A DNA stretch of 64,000 nt from Eledone cirrhosa (Eukaryota), in assembly GCA_964016885.1 (NCBI GenBank), contig OZ024740.1, positions 345,898,001-345,962,000 of the forward strand, read 5' to 3'. A model generated the notes under the pieces. That model worked only from the letters and a program-made list of their open reading frames with translations, was not told where the DNA came from and made no database searches. Both the position numbers and the translations under genes were made by a program. Positions 12,887 to 27,520 of the stretch are shown here, in pieces (within the stretch, counting starts at the first letter, position 1; each line of letters opens with the position of its first letter).

Positions 12887-13056
12887 AAGTATGACCCCGA
12901 CGGCAGAGCTCAAGCCGTTTCGACGGCTATTTCTGGACTATTCTGTAGTCCAGAAATAGCCGTCGAAAGGGCTTGAGTTATTACCCACTCTACTACCCTA
13001 AGTATTGAGTACTCTGGTGCGTTATGATCCATCTGGTTCCTTACCACATTCCTTCG

Positions 13057-13057
<1 letters not shown>
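12883..13057. repeat. Near-perfect ~32-bp-arm hairpin element in (TA)n
   Basis: CTCAAGCCGTTTCGACGGCTATTTCTGGACTA-TTCTG-TAGTCCAGAAATAGCCGTCGAAAGGGCTTGAG (12909-12977); the tail resembles 54360-54395 reversed. Confidence 0.85.
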
Positions 13058-13136
<79 letters not shown>

Positions 13137-13231
13137 GATGTCAACATGAATGGACCTGTTATTTTTATCTAAAGACATTTTTTCCAATTCCATCCCAGCC
13201 GTCCCCTCAATCTATCTTATTTCTCATTCTT

Positions 13232-13267
13232 TCTTCTGATGAAGGACTGGCGTCCGAAACGCCAAGA
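13232..13267 (+). ncRNA. Hammerhead motif, probably inactivated at the cleavage triplet, within a TA-flanked repeat (13133-13350)
   Basis: TCTT-CTGATGA-A-GGAC-TGGC-GTCC-GAAA-CG-CC-AAGA; C where U16.1 is expected. Confidence 0.7.
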
Positions 13268-13353
13268 CCCTCTCTTCCTGCCATATCAAGCGTTAACTTA
13301 ATATATACCTTCCATATACTGTACCGATTGTGTTGTTATTTGTGTTTACATTT

Positions 13354-13389
<36 letters not shown>

Positions 13390-13391
<2 letters not shown>

Positions 13392-14400
13392 AATTTAAAT
13401 TCAATTCTATAACAACGGAGAATCGCAAGTACACGCGTTCGATTGAACGAACTCAACTTATTCTACTTGCAGTGTTTCAGCAAAAAAGAGAGCTTGCTGT
13501 AGGAGAAAGTATAGCAGAGTTCTGAGATATAGAGGGGAAGTAATTTACAAAGAGGTTATTTACCGTTTAAAAAAGAGCAACTCTGAAAAGAACTCTTAGA
13601 TATTAGATGACAAAATATTAATTAAAAATATCAACATAACATGGAAGTTCAAGTGTGCCAACTTTTTTAAAAGGTACTTAGAAGCACGAAGACTTCGATT
13701 TATAAATCCAGGTGGTTATTTAGGGATCTCTAATTATTGGAACGGTTTTCTTGGGATGAACCACATTTTGTTGATGCATAGACTGCAGATATTTTATCCG
13801 TTTATATAGGGTTTTCGAGTATTCCAAAATTTAGGAAGTAATTTTTAGCCATCTGTTTGACTTGCCAGCTTCGTGACATTCCTCTTGTTCGAATATATCC
13901 AGGTTTCTCTCAAATGATGTTGACATGGTAATGTCATATTAGCCTCGAATATTACGGCTGGGGTGTTACCCTGTTGATTCAATGGGCATGTATTTGGCTT
14001 TGTGCATGAACATCCGTAGGTTTGAAAGATCAGGTATTTATTTAAGCGGCAGGATTTCATATTTCTGAAACAGGGATGTCATACTTTAACTGTGTTGGTG
14101 TAAAAAATTTGGTAGTGTTTATGTCCCAGAGTGAGATGTAGCTATATTTGTGCTAAACATTTTTACCCACATTATTTTTAATGTTACGGGAAAATGGGAG
14201 GGGTTGAATAAGATAGAGGATTTGTGCCTTTTTATTTGTACCTTATTGGGTAATGGACTGTAGGAAATATTCCCTGAGAATCCACTATTGCTTAAGGCAG
14301 TGTCATAGATTAAGCTGCCCTTTTAAATATAGTTTATTTCATGATAGTTTGTTTATGCGCTTGTTAATGTTCTTAAATAGATTCTTAAGGACTATTCTAA
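13390..14400 (-). mobile_element. Decayed PLE 3' part (Cys-rich linker + GIY-YIG region)
   Basis: GCSCTKPNTCPLNQQGNTPAVIFEA (ORF 13845-14060) resembles the PLE CxC..CPL motif preceding GIY-YIG; many stops; microsatellite flanks. Confidence 0.7.
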
Positions 14401-14415
14401 TACACACACACACAC

Positions 14416-14465
<50 letters not shown>

Positions 14466-17039
14466 CTCGCTAGGACATGTTTAAGTTTATGTGTACGTGA
14501 TCACTTCGAAGTGAGTGGTCATTAATGTTGTACGAGCAGTTAAATGAGGCGTCTATTCCTCCAACGTTTATATTTTTCTCTTCAGGACCTGCCAACATTT
14601 GATGTTTTTCAACGTTAACTCACCAGAAACGCTCTATACGTCCTGATAAAAATAGAAAAAACAAAACTACTAAACATATTGAAGCTGTTTTACTTGTTGA
14701 ATACATTGTAAGAAAAACTGAACACTTATGTCGTGGTCTTGAATGTATATCGTCGATTATTTTCTCACAGTGTTCTGCGAAGCAAGGCAATCTTAATCCA
14801 CCCCCTTTATTGCTCACATTTTGACTAGGCAATTACCGATGATATGATGTATTGACATATTCAAATTTCCAAAAGGCATAATATTAGTATATATGATTAA
14901 ATGAAGTGGCTTCAAACGGAAATTGAAACATTATTGCTGCCTTCATGAAGTATGAAGTTACATCGTCTTATATGAAACATCATCTTTAGTTTTCCGAAAT
15001 TAATGACAATTTTAGGAATTTGATATCGGTTTAAATCCTGTGGTAAATATTTTATTGATTCTAACGCTATGTTAGCCTTTTTTTCTGTTTACAAAGATTA
15101 TCCAATCAGGCAGCAGCTGTTATTTCCCTGTTTGGTCAGAAAAATGAGTAAAATATTTACAGCTTCCATTTTCTTGACACTTATGCAAATCTATAATATG
15201 CTTTTGGACTATAATATGCTTTTGGACTACAACTATTATCTGTCCATCTCAGAGCCGTACACTAAACACTATACACCATTCTCAATAATATCGATATACT
15301 TGGTTGGCAGCTTCATTTCGGTCGCATAAAGTTTAAATAAAGGGAAAAGAAAAGAGCTGGGAGGCGTCACAAATTTCCCTTTCGGAAACGGCAAATATGT
15401 AATCTTGAATGTGGCCTGGTACTTTCTTTCGCAGTAAAGTTTTGAAATCGTCGCCAAACTTAGACTTTGTCAACCGACAAGATGAATATACCAAACTCAT
15501 AAAAAAACAGCTGTTCTCAAATAATTACTTGTTACCCATTTGCAACTGAAATATCAAGATCTTTGGATCCTGAACCACCTTTCCACTCACGTTGATCGGG
15601 ATGGAAATGGCCAGTTAAAAAAAGCTCCACTTGGTGGGCTGTCTTGTTCACATTTGCCATTTTCTCCACAGAGATCTGTAAATATGTGCATGGTATGCTG
15701 AGATTTCCTATCCTTGTTATAATTTTTTATTCACTAACTTACAGTAAGACATTACTGTGGAAGCATCACGCATATTTCCCCGTTCAATGTAAGTGTTTTG
15801 AAAACAAATGATTAATTAAAATTGATAAAAGAAACGGCGTTTTCGGGTTGTTTTACTCAACAAAAGTGGCGCCAAACGGTTTATAGTGCATTTAATATAC
15901 AAAAAGCTGAATGTATTTCCACTTCCCTCATCACTGATGTACTGAGCCACCTTCAAAGAAATTATCATTTTTTAATCTTTACCTTCATCCAGCATATCAT
16001 CATGTATGTTTGCCTCTGCGGGAACAACATTTTATGGTCATTGAAACAAATAAGGAATTATTTCAATACACAAAGGCAGATTCGACTTTTAATAGAATAA
16101 TGATTGTGAATTATCAAGAACTTAAATGCATAGCTACTTAAATTGATGTTGCCGAGGTAAGTTGAGAAAACAAACAAATTTATGATGAAAATTCACAAGG
16201 TTTTCTGAAACATACCCAAATAATAGTTGCATCATTCAACTCTTAAAAATGTAAATTCAATGTGACAGACAATTACACAAAGCAATATACTAACGGTCTC
16301 TGACATTCTGCGGTCATTACATGGATTTCCTGGTCTTGGAAACTTCAGATAATTTGAGCGCGTTTTACTATGTTAATTGTATTTTATTCAAAATTGATAA
16401 TGTGTGATGCTGAAATTGCAGTACCCTTGTTTACAGGAAAATTACATTAACGTTTTCCATAGTCAACCAAACGTGTTGCTGCAATTAAATAGCAGTGATA
16501 CAGCGGCTTCCTTATCAGTTCCGACACATCGTTAACTACTTACTCAGAAAGCATATGCATCTATATCACGTCTAGTTTCTTTCCATTACTAAATGGGCAG
16601 GCAATGTTATTTCTTTCACAAAGCCGTAATGGTATTGAAACGAATATAATTCGGAAACTTTACATTAGACAAAGCAATATAACAAATCTGACATCACTTT
16701 TTAGCACGAATATTGAAATTTGTTTCAGAATAACAGGTACATTTTGACACGTTTACTATTTTACAGCATTCGGTTTAAAGATTACTTCCTACCAACCCAG
16801 CTTTTGGATTTCTTGAAGAATGGTCGGATACGTTGTATTTTTAACCCAAATAAGATGATAGGCAGCATTCCTGTGTTTTTCTCGACCTAAATCGATTTAA
16901 AATACATTTTGTGAGTGGAGGCTACAGCTCTCATTACTCTGATACGAAATACAATACAGTCGGAGGAGAAATAATTTTGCTAATTTTGCTACAAGAGCCT
17001 AATGATATACGTTTTGCCTATAGGAAAAATAAGTCAATA

Positions 17040-17722
17040 ACCCTATCCAGACAACAGGTTATGGATGGAATTAGATCTAGAAATTAAACAGAATAGAGAA
17101 GGCGGTTGCCCTGAGGTTGGTGAGGGAGACATATTGGAAGAGCCAATCCAGCACGTGAGGCTCACTCCTGGGGTTAGACAACTCTGGGCCGAAAGTGGTT
17201 CTAGGGCCAAGTACACCAAAAGTTTCCAATGCTACGGGCTCAACCGCAAAACTGCCGGAGAACAACCAATATTTGGTGAGTTTATCTTCCACCACTCACA
17301 GTGCAGTTTGTCACTGGAAAAAGTGTCGCAGCATGTGGGATCCCAGATGAGGGGTACAACAACCACTCAACGGCAATATGATCATGCCGTGAGGCTTTTT
17401 GCAGTCACCTCCGTCCTGTCCCACCGGCGTGAGTGGGGAGGGGAAGCCTGCAGCATCCCAGCGATGCTTTACGATCTCGTTGAGAGCAGTATGGCTTGGG
17501 AGTTTCACAACAGTGTGTCGCTCGCAGTTACGGAGGCCGAGCAGCAGGGAAACCCCGATTTGCAGTCTGTCGTTATCTAGCGGCGTGCCAGTCGAAAAGA
17601 AGGGTAAGGCATTGAGCCAGACGCAGCTGTAGGTTTGCGAGGCCGAGCGAAAACAAACGAGGTGTTGCAGATCGCGCTGGCGCGCTAGCCTGTCCGAGGC
17701 CATGTCGCACTGGATGGCTTCC
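17040..17722 (-). mobile_element. CRE-clade-like RLE non-LTR retrotransposon 3' fragment
   Basis: GC-rich; WLNALP..GTPLDNDRLQIGVSLLLG, ALNEIV..AGFPS..GDCKKPHGM (degenerate GKRPDG), EPVALETFGVLGP. Confidence 0.75.
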
Positions 17723-20202
17723 TATATAATAGAAATGTAGTTTGAATTGCTATAAAGCTATAATAACTATTTAGCATTCATTATCAAAGTGTCAAAATGA
17801 ACATTACAATGAATTCACGTTCAGAACTACTCAGATTACTATAATAGAAAAAAAAAATGCGTAGACTTACGGGCAAATACAATTTTATTTTTAATTCTCC
17901 AACATTTGTGAAATTCTTTCCAGAAAGGTTCTCCCATTCATATTTTCTATATGCAGAAATATTGTGGTAACTTGCAAGAACTCTCCCAGATGCAGTGCCC
18001 TGTTAAGGGTGGCAATAATCCCATAACGCTGATCCAATGATTGGTTCCTCCCTAGGCGAAACAGCACTGAAAACTGAGGCAACCGTTTATCGGTTTTCGC
18101 TTTTCAGCACAAACACCATCCCTGCTTCCCAAATGGATTTTTGTGTAACCCTACATGTGTGGCTGCCAAATACTATATCAAGGTAAATAGCAACATGTGG
18201 TTTGGTCCAGGACAGCTTATGTAAAATAATCCCAACTAACCGTCTTATTTGAAATTCATCATTATATCCGCAACCTAAAGACCCGCTGTTATGGGACACC
18301 CATATAGGCAAGGTATGAGGGGTCACTCAACCCCCATCAAATGTGTCGTTATTTCTGATCAATAAAACTAGAGAAATGAACCAAAGCTTGAGTCCTTTTT
18401 CCTCTAGGAATGAGGATATTAACAAAACACCCACAAAGAAAGCGAGTGTTACATACACACAAATACTGCAAAATGTCTAGAACATATCCTGGAAATCATC
18501 GCTCTACCGTTCACAACCTCGCTTTTCTGATACCATAAAACCACGGAGGGTCGTATTAGATGGACATACGAAGTGTTCCAATGAACCTGCTGCCAGAATC
18601 TCCTCTGGAAATAAAAAGTATGCAGGTGAGATAGAAAACGAAACATCACACTCAAGGGTGTTCTTGAAGAAGACGCCGGGGACTTCAGCTTGCCACGCTT
18701 GACGAGTGAGCAGGAACAGGAATTTCTTCCTCACATCAGTAAGGGAAGTGTTGAAAAAGGTGTTCCTATAAAATGTCAGTATTCATTAATAACATGTTCT
18801 AATATATGAAAACATGATTAATTAGTTTTAAATATGCCAGTGACTGAAAGTCTTACTTGTATCACATATGAATTCTATTTTCAACATGGAGGCGTGATGT
18901 AGCTCCTGAATTAAAAAATAAAAACAAAAAATAGACGATAATAAACACGCATATGTTAGACCATGCTATTCTTTCTCCTTACACAACAATCAACAATAAC
19001 ACAAATCTGTAAATGATTGCGGCATAACCAATCATTACTATACACTAATTACAACAAACAATTGGAATATCCATAAGTATTTGTATGATTAATTTATATA
19101 ATAAATTTAAGCATTAAATATTACTTTATATATTTTTTGTTATATTAGTTTTGCTCTCATATTACAAACGTTTGACATTTCTAATAAATGCTTTTTTCTC
19201 TATGCTGCGAAGGATCATTCGGTAGGATTAGATAATCTATAATGATGATGATGATATTGAGAATATAGTAGATTATTATCAGATCGATCTTGAAAATGGA
19301 TTATAGATATGTATGTAACGTACCCATTAAGTGATAACACTACCATCACATTTCCTTAACAAACAACCAAAGGAAGGTTTCATAATGGTCCCAATGGATA
19401 GAATCACGAATGGTATATTCCAGAGAAAGTGGGGGAAAAGCGCAAAAAGAGCCACTAGTTCAACTTGCGCATATACGTCTAGCTGCCTCATATTTTTATA
19501 TTAATTACTAATAGTACTGTTGAAATTGGTGAGATCCTTATAGTCCCAAAAAATAGACCTGCATGTGAGCAACTTGAAATTTATATGACGTAGATGAAAA
19601 TATTTCATTAATCAAAATGGATTTAATGAATTCGAATTCAGAAGGACGTCTATTATCTAAACTGACTCTTTGAAATTACATATTACAAAACATATTGCAC
19701 AAAATAATTATTTTTCTGAGCGCCTAAACTGACCAAAGTAATAAGTAATGTCTTCTGGGCCACTTTTCAAACAAAAGCTCTCCTTTTCATATTTCGACAA
19801 CATTTTGAATGAACTAAAATTTCAGCTTGTGTATCAGTTTGCATATAGCAAATAGGCATATTTTCTTGGCTTTATTTTTTTTTCTCTCTTACTTGCATCC
19901 TTTTCCTGTACATCTGGTCTACCTGAGATATTTACTTTTAAGGAATTTATTTTCATTTCCAATTTAAAATCGAAACTAAATTTTCAAACTTCATATGATA
20001 TGTCTACAGGAAACATCAATTCCATTCATCTAAAATACACATTCACAAATGGTTACTGATCATTTCTTAATTGGATTCATGTATAGTTAGTAATCAAGTA
20101 GGTAAAGAAAAAATATTTACAGGTTGCTTTGCCAACAAATATATTTCTATACACAACAATATCATCGCTATCAATATGAACTTCAAAATTGCTACATCTG
20201 CA

Positions 20203-20213
20203 ACTACTACTAG

Positions 20214-20305
<92 letters not shown>
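20203..20305. repeat. Compound (CTA)n-(CTG)n microsatellite
   Basis: Directly visible; explains the poly-T/V/L ORFs. Confidence 0.95.
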
Positions 20306-20843
20306 TTATTTTTTTCATTATTTTTTATTAGAGTAATTTTAGTTTTTTCGTTTAAAATTACATATAGACAATGATAATGGAATCAATCCCTAGGCTAATA
20401 TTAATGTAATAGAAAACGAAACGGTGTGAATAATAATTGATTCATTAAAATCCTATCATATCTTCAATGGTGTTAATTTTTCAACCAGATTTTTAAGGTA
20501 GCTTCATATTTATTCATTTTCTTCGTAATAGATTCGAAAGAGACGGCAATGATAAAAAATTAATGATAAATACCCAGAATATAGTAATTTCATTAATAAA
20601 ATCATGCAAAATGCGTGAAGGAGAAACAGAAATATATTTGAATATTAGCTGTCCAGTCCATTAATTTGAATTTGGAGTGTAAGAAGCAGCAACACGACAA
20701 AATTAAAATAACCCTAGATTAATGTCTATCATATGAGGAGAGAATGCGTCCTTACGACTTCAGCAAGGAACTGAAATTTATTTGTGCATGCAGGATATAT
20801 ATTTTTCTCTAAGAAAATATAGACACGCACATAGTCTTCCTCC

Positions 20844-20966
<123 letters not shown>

Positions 20967-23351
20967 ATATGAGGTCGATGTACCTTTACACAAATGTATC
21001 GGTTGAGGATTCACTCCATTTCACACAGGCTTCCACGCTCGTCTAGGTAGACGTGCACTTGCTCAGACAAGTCAATAATTATCATTAACTTCTTATTACT
21101 GCCGTAAATATTGCTGTTTATTGTCTACGGCATAATGAGAAATCAGTTCAACCATGCCGAGATCAAGTGAAATCTACTTGGCAAGTCCACATAATTTGCC
21201 TAAAAGATCTTAATTATTAATGCCCTCTCTTTTAAAATAATATTTAATTGATATTCCGCTTAGATTTTTTTATGAGTGACACCAAGCCTCTCACATCCCT
21301 GACATACATAGTGCTTTAAACGGACATATTTTCGTGTATAAATTCCTTGAACTCACAAGGTTTTTCAACTACTTAGACAAGATTTGGATATATTTTGTAC
21401 ACTGCAATGTATTTTTGAATTCTTATGGTTATTTCGTTTTTGTAATAGAAACTGATGTAGGCAAGCAACAATGCTTTTCCGCAATTGCTGGTGGTTTCAT
21501 TATCATGAATAAGAAATGTGTAATTAATTATTCATCATCTCAGAAACTCGCTTCTCTATATTACTTGATATATAAAGTATTCTTCAGCCTAGTTTATCAT
21601 CAAACAAAGGGGTCGTGTAATTGTTTTCCTCGTCAACACAGAATTTTTACAATCAATCTGATTACTGGCCGAATCATTTTAGCAATGAATCTAGTCATAG
21701 TCTAAATATCTGTCAAAGTATTGAAGAATGTGTGTTAAAAAAAACAGCTGATGTAATTCAAATTTGAATGGGACCATATAAAAATTGTACAATATTTTAC
21801 CATAATTCACAGAAGTAGGCCAATGAACATTTTCTTTTCAAGTATATCTGACTCTGATGTTCATATCATATAGCTATCCTTGTACTGAAGAAAAACATTT
21901 TTCGAAGTTACTTTAAGCCTTGGTTGTGATGTAGAATAAGTGTTCTTCCAAACCGTTCTCAACAATACATATTTAATAAACAAAAATCTTCAAATAAATA
22001 CAATCGTCCTGGAATCTTCCTTTCACACATGGTATGATTTCTCGCAGTGCAGTTTGGGAACAATTGGTTTATTAAAACAGCCTATGATACCTAGATTTAG
22101 CTAGTTACCTATCATCTTAGTTACACTACATCACTTTATAACACACATTTTTCTTTAGCCTCATTTCCCATCTTTGAAGCTCATCTCGATGCCGAAACCT
22201 GCCTCTTCAGATTGTCAGGCAACTGAAATGTTATTATAACTCGCAACATTTACTAACAGTTTTTCAAGTTGAACATCATTGACAATAATTTTCAATTTCG
22301 GAGATGTATTCGAAATTTAAAGAGTACATTCTTCCCTCCAAATTAAAATGATTACAGTAATGCTGTTGAAGACATAATATAATAAAATATTTAAACCTAT
22401 TCCCATCTTCATTATATGGATGAATAAAAAGCGAGCAGCAAATGTGAATACCGACAAGGGATCAGACGCACTGGACTATAAACAGAAAACTAAAACATAA
22501 ATTAATCTATATTATAATGATACAAATCATGTAAGAAAATACTAATGGTTACTTCTTACTACACTTCATAAAAAATACTTTAACTGCAGACTAATCCATC
22601 AGCAGAGAGAAAAATGTCGACTGAAAGAAACACAGAGCAATTAACAAGCAAAATTAAGCGACATTTCGATTAAATCATTTCTTTCTGGAACGCCGTGCTC
22701 AAACAAAATGTAATAACATATATGGAGTGTAGGAGTCATTATCAATTAGGAAATATGTAGAGACATCAATGCAATAAATATGAACATTAAAACTATTTGC
22801 GTCAGTATCACACATACACCTATATGTGTATGCGAAAATGAAAAGGCCATCATTCAATATATGCCCAACGTATTACTAGTAATTGTCTTCGTAAAACTGG
22901 CAGCTTAAGAGAGACAAATCGTAAAGATCACCTAGGCATTATATACACGTTAAACATTAGTATATGAAAAGTATGATATTTACTAGTTCAATTGTTGAAC
23001 GGCTTTATGATGATCAAAATGTAAACAACTAAAATAATTCGCCCACTAGTACATTCCTTAAAAGAACGCTGAAAGTAGTGAGAATGCCTCTGTGAATAGA
23101 AGAGTGCTCTACTACGATTTCCTTGGAGAGTATGGTGATTTAGGATTGGTGAGATACCTGAGTCATATCTCGGTGGTGATCCCACTATTGGGATTTTCCA
23201 TCGTTATGAATATTGTGGTTTACAGTATTCTGTTATTTATAACTTTTTTTATTCGATTTCATTGTAAACTCTTAATGGCCCTGTCTATTGTGTTGTCCCG
23301 TATATGTCGATGTATGTGGTGAATTAAGAAATAATAGATATCATTATTATC

Positions 23352-23800
23352 AAGGGTGGAGTATTGGCAGTATCGGAAGAGTGTCGGACACCATGCGTTA
23401 CGACCTATATCTACGTCTTTTCACGCTTTGTGTTCCCATTATGGAGAAGATAGCTTGATCTTTCATCTTTACGTGGTCAATGAAATAAAGCGCCAGCAAC
23501 ATACTGGGGTTGATTTAATCAACTTCTCTCAAGTGAAATTGCTGGCCTTGCGCCTAAATTAGATAACATTATTACTATTATTATTAGGGCGATGGATTGG
23601 CAGTATCGGTAGAGGATCGGACGCCATGCTTTGACGCGTAGAGTTACGGCCCTTGCCATTCTCAGTTCAAATCCCGCCGGTTAACTTTGCCTTTCATCCT
23701 TACGGGGTCGATAAAATAAAGTACCAGTAATACACTGGGTAATTGCGGACCTTGTGCCAAAAGTAGAAACAATTATTATTATTATTATTATTATTATTAT
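23352..23800 (+). mobile_element. Two tandem tRNA-derived SINEs with (ATT)n tails
   Basis: A-box-like TGGCAGTATCGG, B-box GTTCAAATCC, conserved GCCTTTCATCCTTACGGGGTCGATAAAATAAAGTACC, tail GAAACAATTATT. Confidence 0.85.
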
Positions 23801-24808
23801 TTGCATTTATCTTGCTTTATGTTTATACGAGTTATCACCAAGTCACAACCAGTGACCTCAAGAGACAACAAGGACCGCCATGTTCAAGAAACAACACACA
23901 TATTCACACATGCATCCTTAGTGTTTAGACTTGTGATGTACTTATATTGACAGGATCTTCCTTAGTATATGGGCAGTTCCCATTAGTACTATCTTTTGTA
24001 TTTCTCCTATACGCGGGTTTCCTGGGATTTGCGATAAGTAGTCGTTAGACCACTTAGGTATCATTCCCAGAGCGCCTACAACCACTGGTATTGTTTTAGT
24101 TCTCAATTTCCACATTTTTCCAATTTCTATCTCCAGGTCCTTATACTTGCTCAATTTTTCAAATGTTTTTATAGATACATTCTTGTCTATTGGAACAGAC
24201 ATATCAATTAGCAGGCATACCCTCCTTTGAAAGTCCTTCAATATTATATCAGGTCTATTTGCATCTATTTTTCGGTCTGTTTGGATGCTAAAGTTCCACA
24301 AGATTGAGATGTGATCTTTTTCAAGTATGGGAGGTGGTTGATGCTCCGACCAATTCTTTTGATGGGGCAGGTCAAAATGCTTACACATTATCCAATGTAT
24401 GTATTGTGCAGCTCTGTCATGCCTGTTTAGGTATTCGGTTGGAGCTATAGGACTGCACATTGAAATTATATGGTCAATGGTCTCTGGTTGTTTTTTGCAT
24501 ACACGGCATAATGGGCTGCACCCATTTTTTATTATGTTGGCTTGGTAATTATTTGTTTGCAGACACTGATCTTGTGCCGATATAATCAGTCCTTCAGTCT
24601 CCGATTTCAGTCCAGAGGATGCCAACCACTGATGGGTTAAAGTTTTGTCAACATCAGGATTGTTAGCTCGCTCTGGGTATTTTCCATACAGAGGCTTTTC
24701 TTGCCATTTCTTAGCCAGTTTCTGTAGCAGTTCTTTCTTTGCAGTTACTTTTACCTGCTTTGCTTTTTCTGTGTTTTCCATTTCAGCAGTAAATGGGACT
24801 TCTGAAAT
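23801..24808 (-). mobile_element. R4/Dong-type non-LTR retrotransposon 3' fragment, family A
   Basis: CCHC finger CRVCKKQPETIDHIISMC, RHD, RPDIILKD..IDMSVP..KLSKY restriction-like endonuclease; bounded by (ATT)n. Confidence 0.88.
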
Positions 24809-24837
24809 TATTATTATTATTATTATTATTGTCATTA

Positions 24838-25345
24838 CTCTTTGAGTCTCAGTCATTGATGTTAGTTAACTGGAATGGTTGTTGAAATGAATATCAAGCC
24901 ACTACCTGCAGCCTCAGATATTCAGGACGTATCGGAGGGTTCTTGCTGTTCCCAACAAGCATGCCTTTTGAAGCGTTCCAAAAAGCGTGAAGGGGCCAAT
25001 TTTCTTTAACCATCCCTCGAAACTTTTTGAGATAGTCCCTAGTGCGCCTATGGCAATCGGTATCACTTTGACTTCATGGCAGTTCCAAATCCTTTTTACC
25101 TCCCACTTTAAGTCCTGGTATCGGTTAATTTTCTCCCTCTCCTTCTCTTGCACTCTCGTGTCGAATGGGCAGACCACATCCACAATCAGGCACGATCTTT
25201 TTTCTTTGTCCACAACCACCAGGTCAGGTCTATTGTGTTCCAGTTTCTTGTCCGTCTGTATCCTAAAATCCCACAGCACCTTCACCTGATCGTTTTCTAT
25301 CACCGCCTCTGGCTTATGCTCATACCACTTCTCAGAATGTGGTAA

Positions 25346-25346
<1 letters not shown>
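24838..25346 (-). mobile_element. R4/Dong-type 3' fragment, family B
   Basis: WDFRIQTD..NRPDLVV..VDVVCP..KINRY; nearly identical to 41880-42390; (ATT)n flanks. Confidence 0.88.
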
Positions 25347-25396
<50 letters not shown>

Positions 25397-25781
25397 AGTA
25401 TTACTATTATTATTATGGGGAAGAGGTGGATGAGGAGGCTGAAAAAACAGTGGGGAAGCTGATTAAGTTTGTCATGTTTTGTTATAGTTTAAATGTATAA
25501 TGCGATGTGGTAGGAGATGAGATTTACATTTACTATTTTTCCAATGATATATATTCTGAAAGAAAGAATGCATTGCATAGAAAAAAAAGGCAGGAAGATA
25601 TATTTGAAAATATTCGTGATGAATCCATATAGAAACATTCATTAGGCAATAGTCATGCAACATCTTAGAAAAATATATTTATGCTGCTAGGTCATATATA
25701 TCTTGGTTTGTAGTTACGTATTCATTTATTTACAATATAATATTATTAAAATATTCATGAAAAACTAGGAGGATGCATATA

Positions 25782-25839
<58 letters not shown>

Positions 25840-25933
25840 TATATAAATATATATATACATATGTATATACATATAAATATCTATATATCTATATTCATGT
25901 GTGTATATATATATATATTTATATATAAATATA

Positions 25934-25972
<39 letters not shown>

Positions 25973-25974
25973 TA

Positions 25975-26114
<140 letters not shown>

Positions 26115-26121
26115 GTATGTA

Positions 26122-26157
<36 letters not shown>

Positions 26158-26380
26158 TGTATGTATGTATGTATGTATGTATGTTTATGCGTATCTATGT
26201 AAGTATGTATGTATAAACACATAAAGCAAATCAGCAGACGAGAAAGATGCAAGGATTGAAGAAGTAATATTGAATATGTAATATGAAATAAACAAAAACA
26301 TTTCTGAAGCAAGATGATTAGGCGAAAAGATGTAAAAACAAAGACTAAGACAAAGACGAGGAAGAAAGATAGTAAGAATG

Positions 26381-26432
<52 letters not shown>

Positions 26433-26440
26433 CACACACA

Positions 26441-26542
<102 letters not shown>

Positions 26543-26837
26543 CAATTGTAACACGCAATAAATTGAGTCCAGATGCATCACTGATATTTTGTTTTCTTTA
26601 TACTATCTATATATATATATATCATTATTATCTCCAAAATTAAAAAAACGAAATCCACATAGAAACATTGGAAACTCTTATATAGATAATACCAAAAAAA
26701 AAAACGGAATATAATTATAATTTAATCACAAGAAGCCATGTTGCTGCAGTAAATTTCTGAAGTCAAAGAATACAGAAAGAACCGACGGACATCTATCTGT
26801 CACTCTCTCTTAAATCCTACATCTTTCTGTGTACTCC

Positions 26838-26913
<76 letters not shown>

Positions 26914-26954
26914 TTATGTATATATATATATATATATATATCTGTGTACATGTG

Positions 26955-27240
26955 AAGACGCATGGCTTAGTGGTTAGAGCAGTAGGCTTTCAATCGAAAG
27001 GTTGTGATTTCAATTCTCGGACCGGGTGATATGTTGTTTCCTTGAGCAATACACTTCATTTCAGGTTGCTCCAGTTTGTTCAGCTGAAAATGAGTACCAG
27101 CAATAGCTGGCGATTTGAGCCTGCGATGGTCTGGCGTCCTGTCCAGGGGTGAGACTTGTACTCTCAGTCGCTTCTCGACATGAAACCGTGATAAGCACTG
27201 GCCAAATGAGCCTTCTGGCTTAAGACGGACTTGAGACTTA
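26955..27240 (+). mobile_element. tRNA-derived CORE-type SINE
   Basis: TGGCTTAGTGGTTAG A box, degenerate B box, CORE-like TTCCTTGAGCAATACACTT, then TGCGATGGTCTGGCGTCCTGTCCAGGGG. Confidence 0.75.
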
Positions 27241-27355
27241 CGGCCTGCTCGCCCAGCCTGTGTGATGGCGTCATCGTATGACTAAAACAGCACGTGTATG
27301 AACAGCGGCCCCAAAAGGAGCCCGACAGACTGGTCGGTCAGGGTGATCTGTGTAC

Positions 27356-27388
<33 letters not shown>

Positions 27389-27520
27389 CGTATATATATA
27401 ATGTATACATATATATATATATAAGTAGAAGTGGTATTGTTGGAAGTCCGACAAATATAAATGTTTATAACTGATTTAGAGAACTCAAAAGTTACTGGAT
27501 ATTGAATAATATTGAATAAT

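Noticed and set aside
23588-23680. tRNA genes at A/B-box motifs (also 26960, 52562)
   Set aside because: No full cloverleaf; continue into SINE body and tail.
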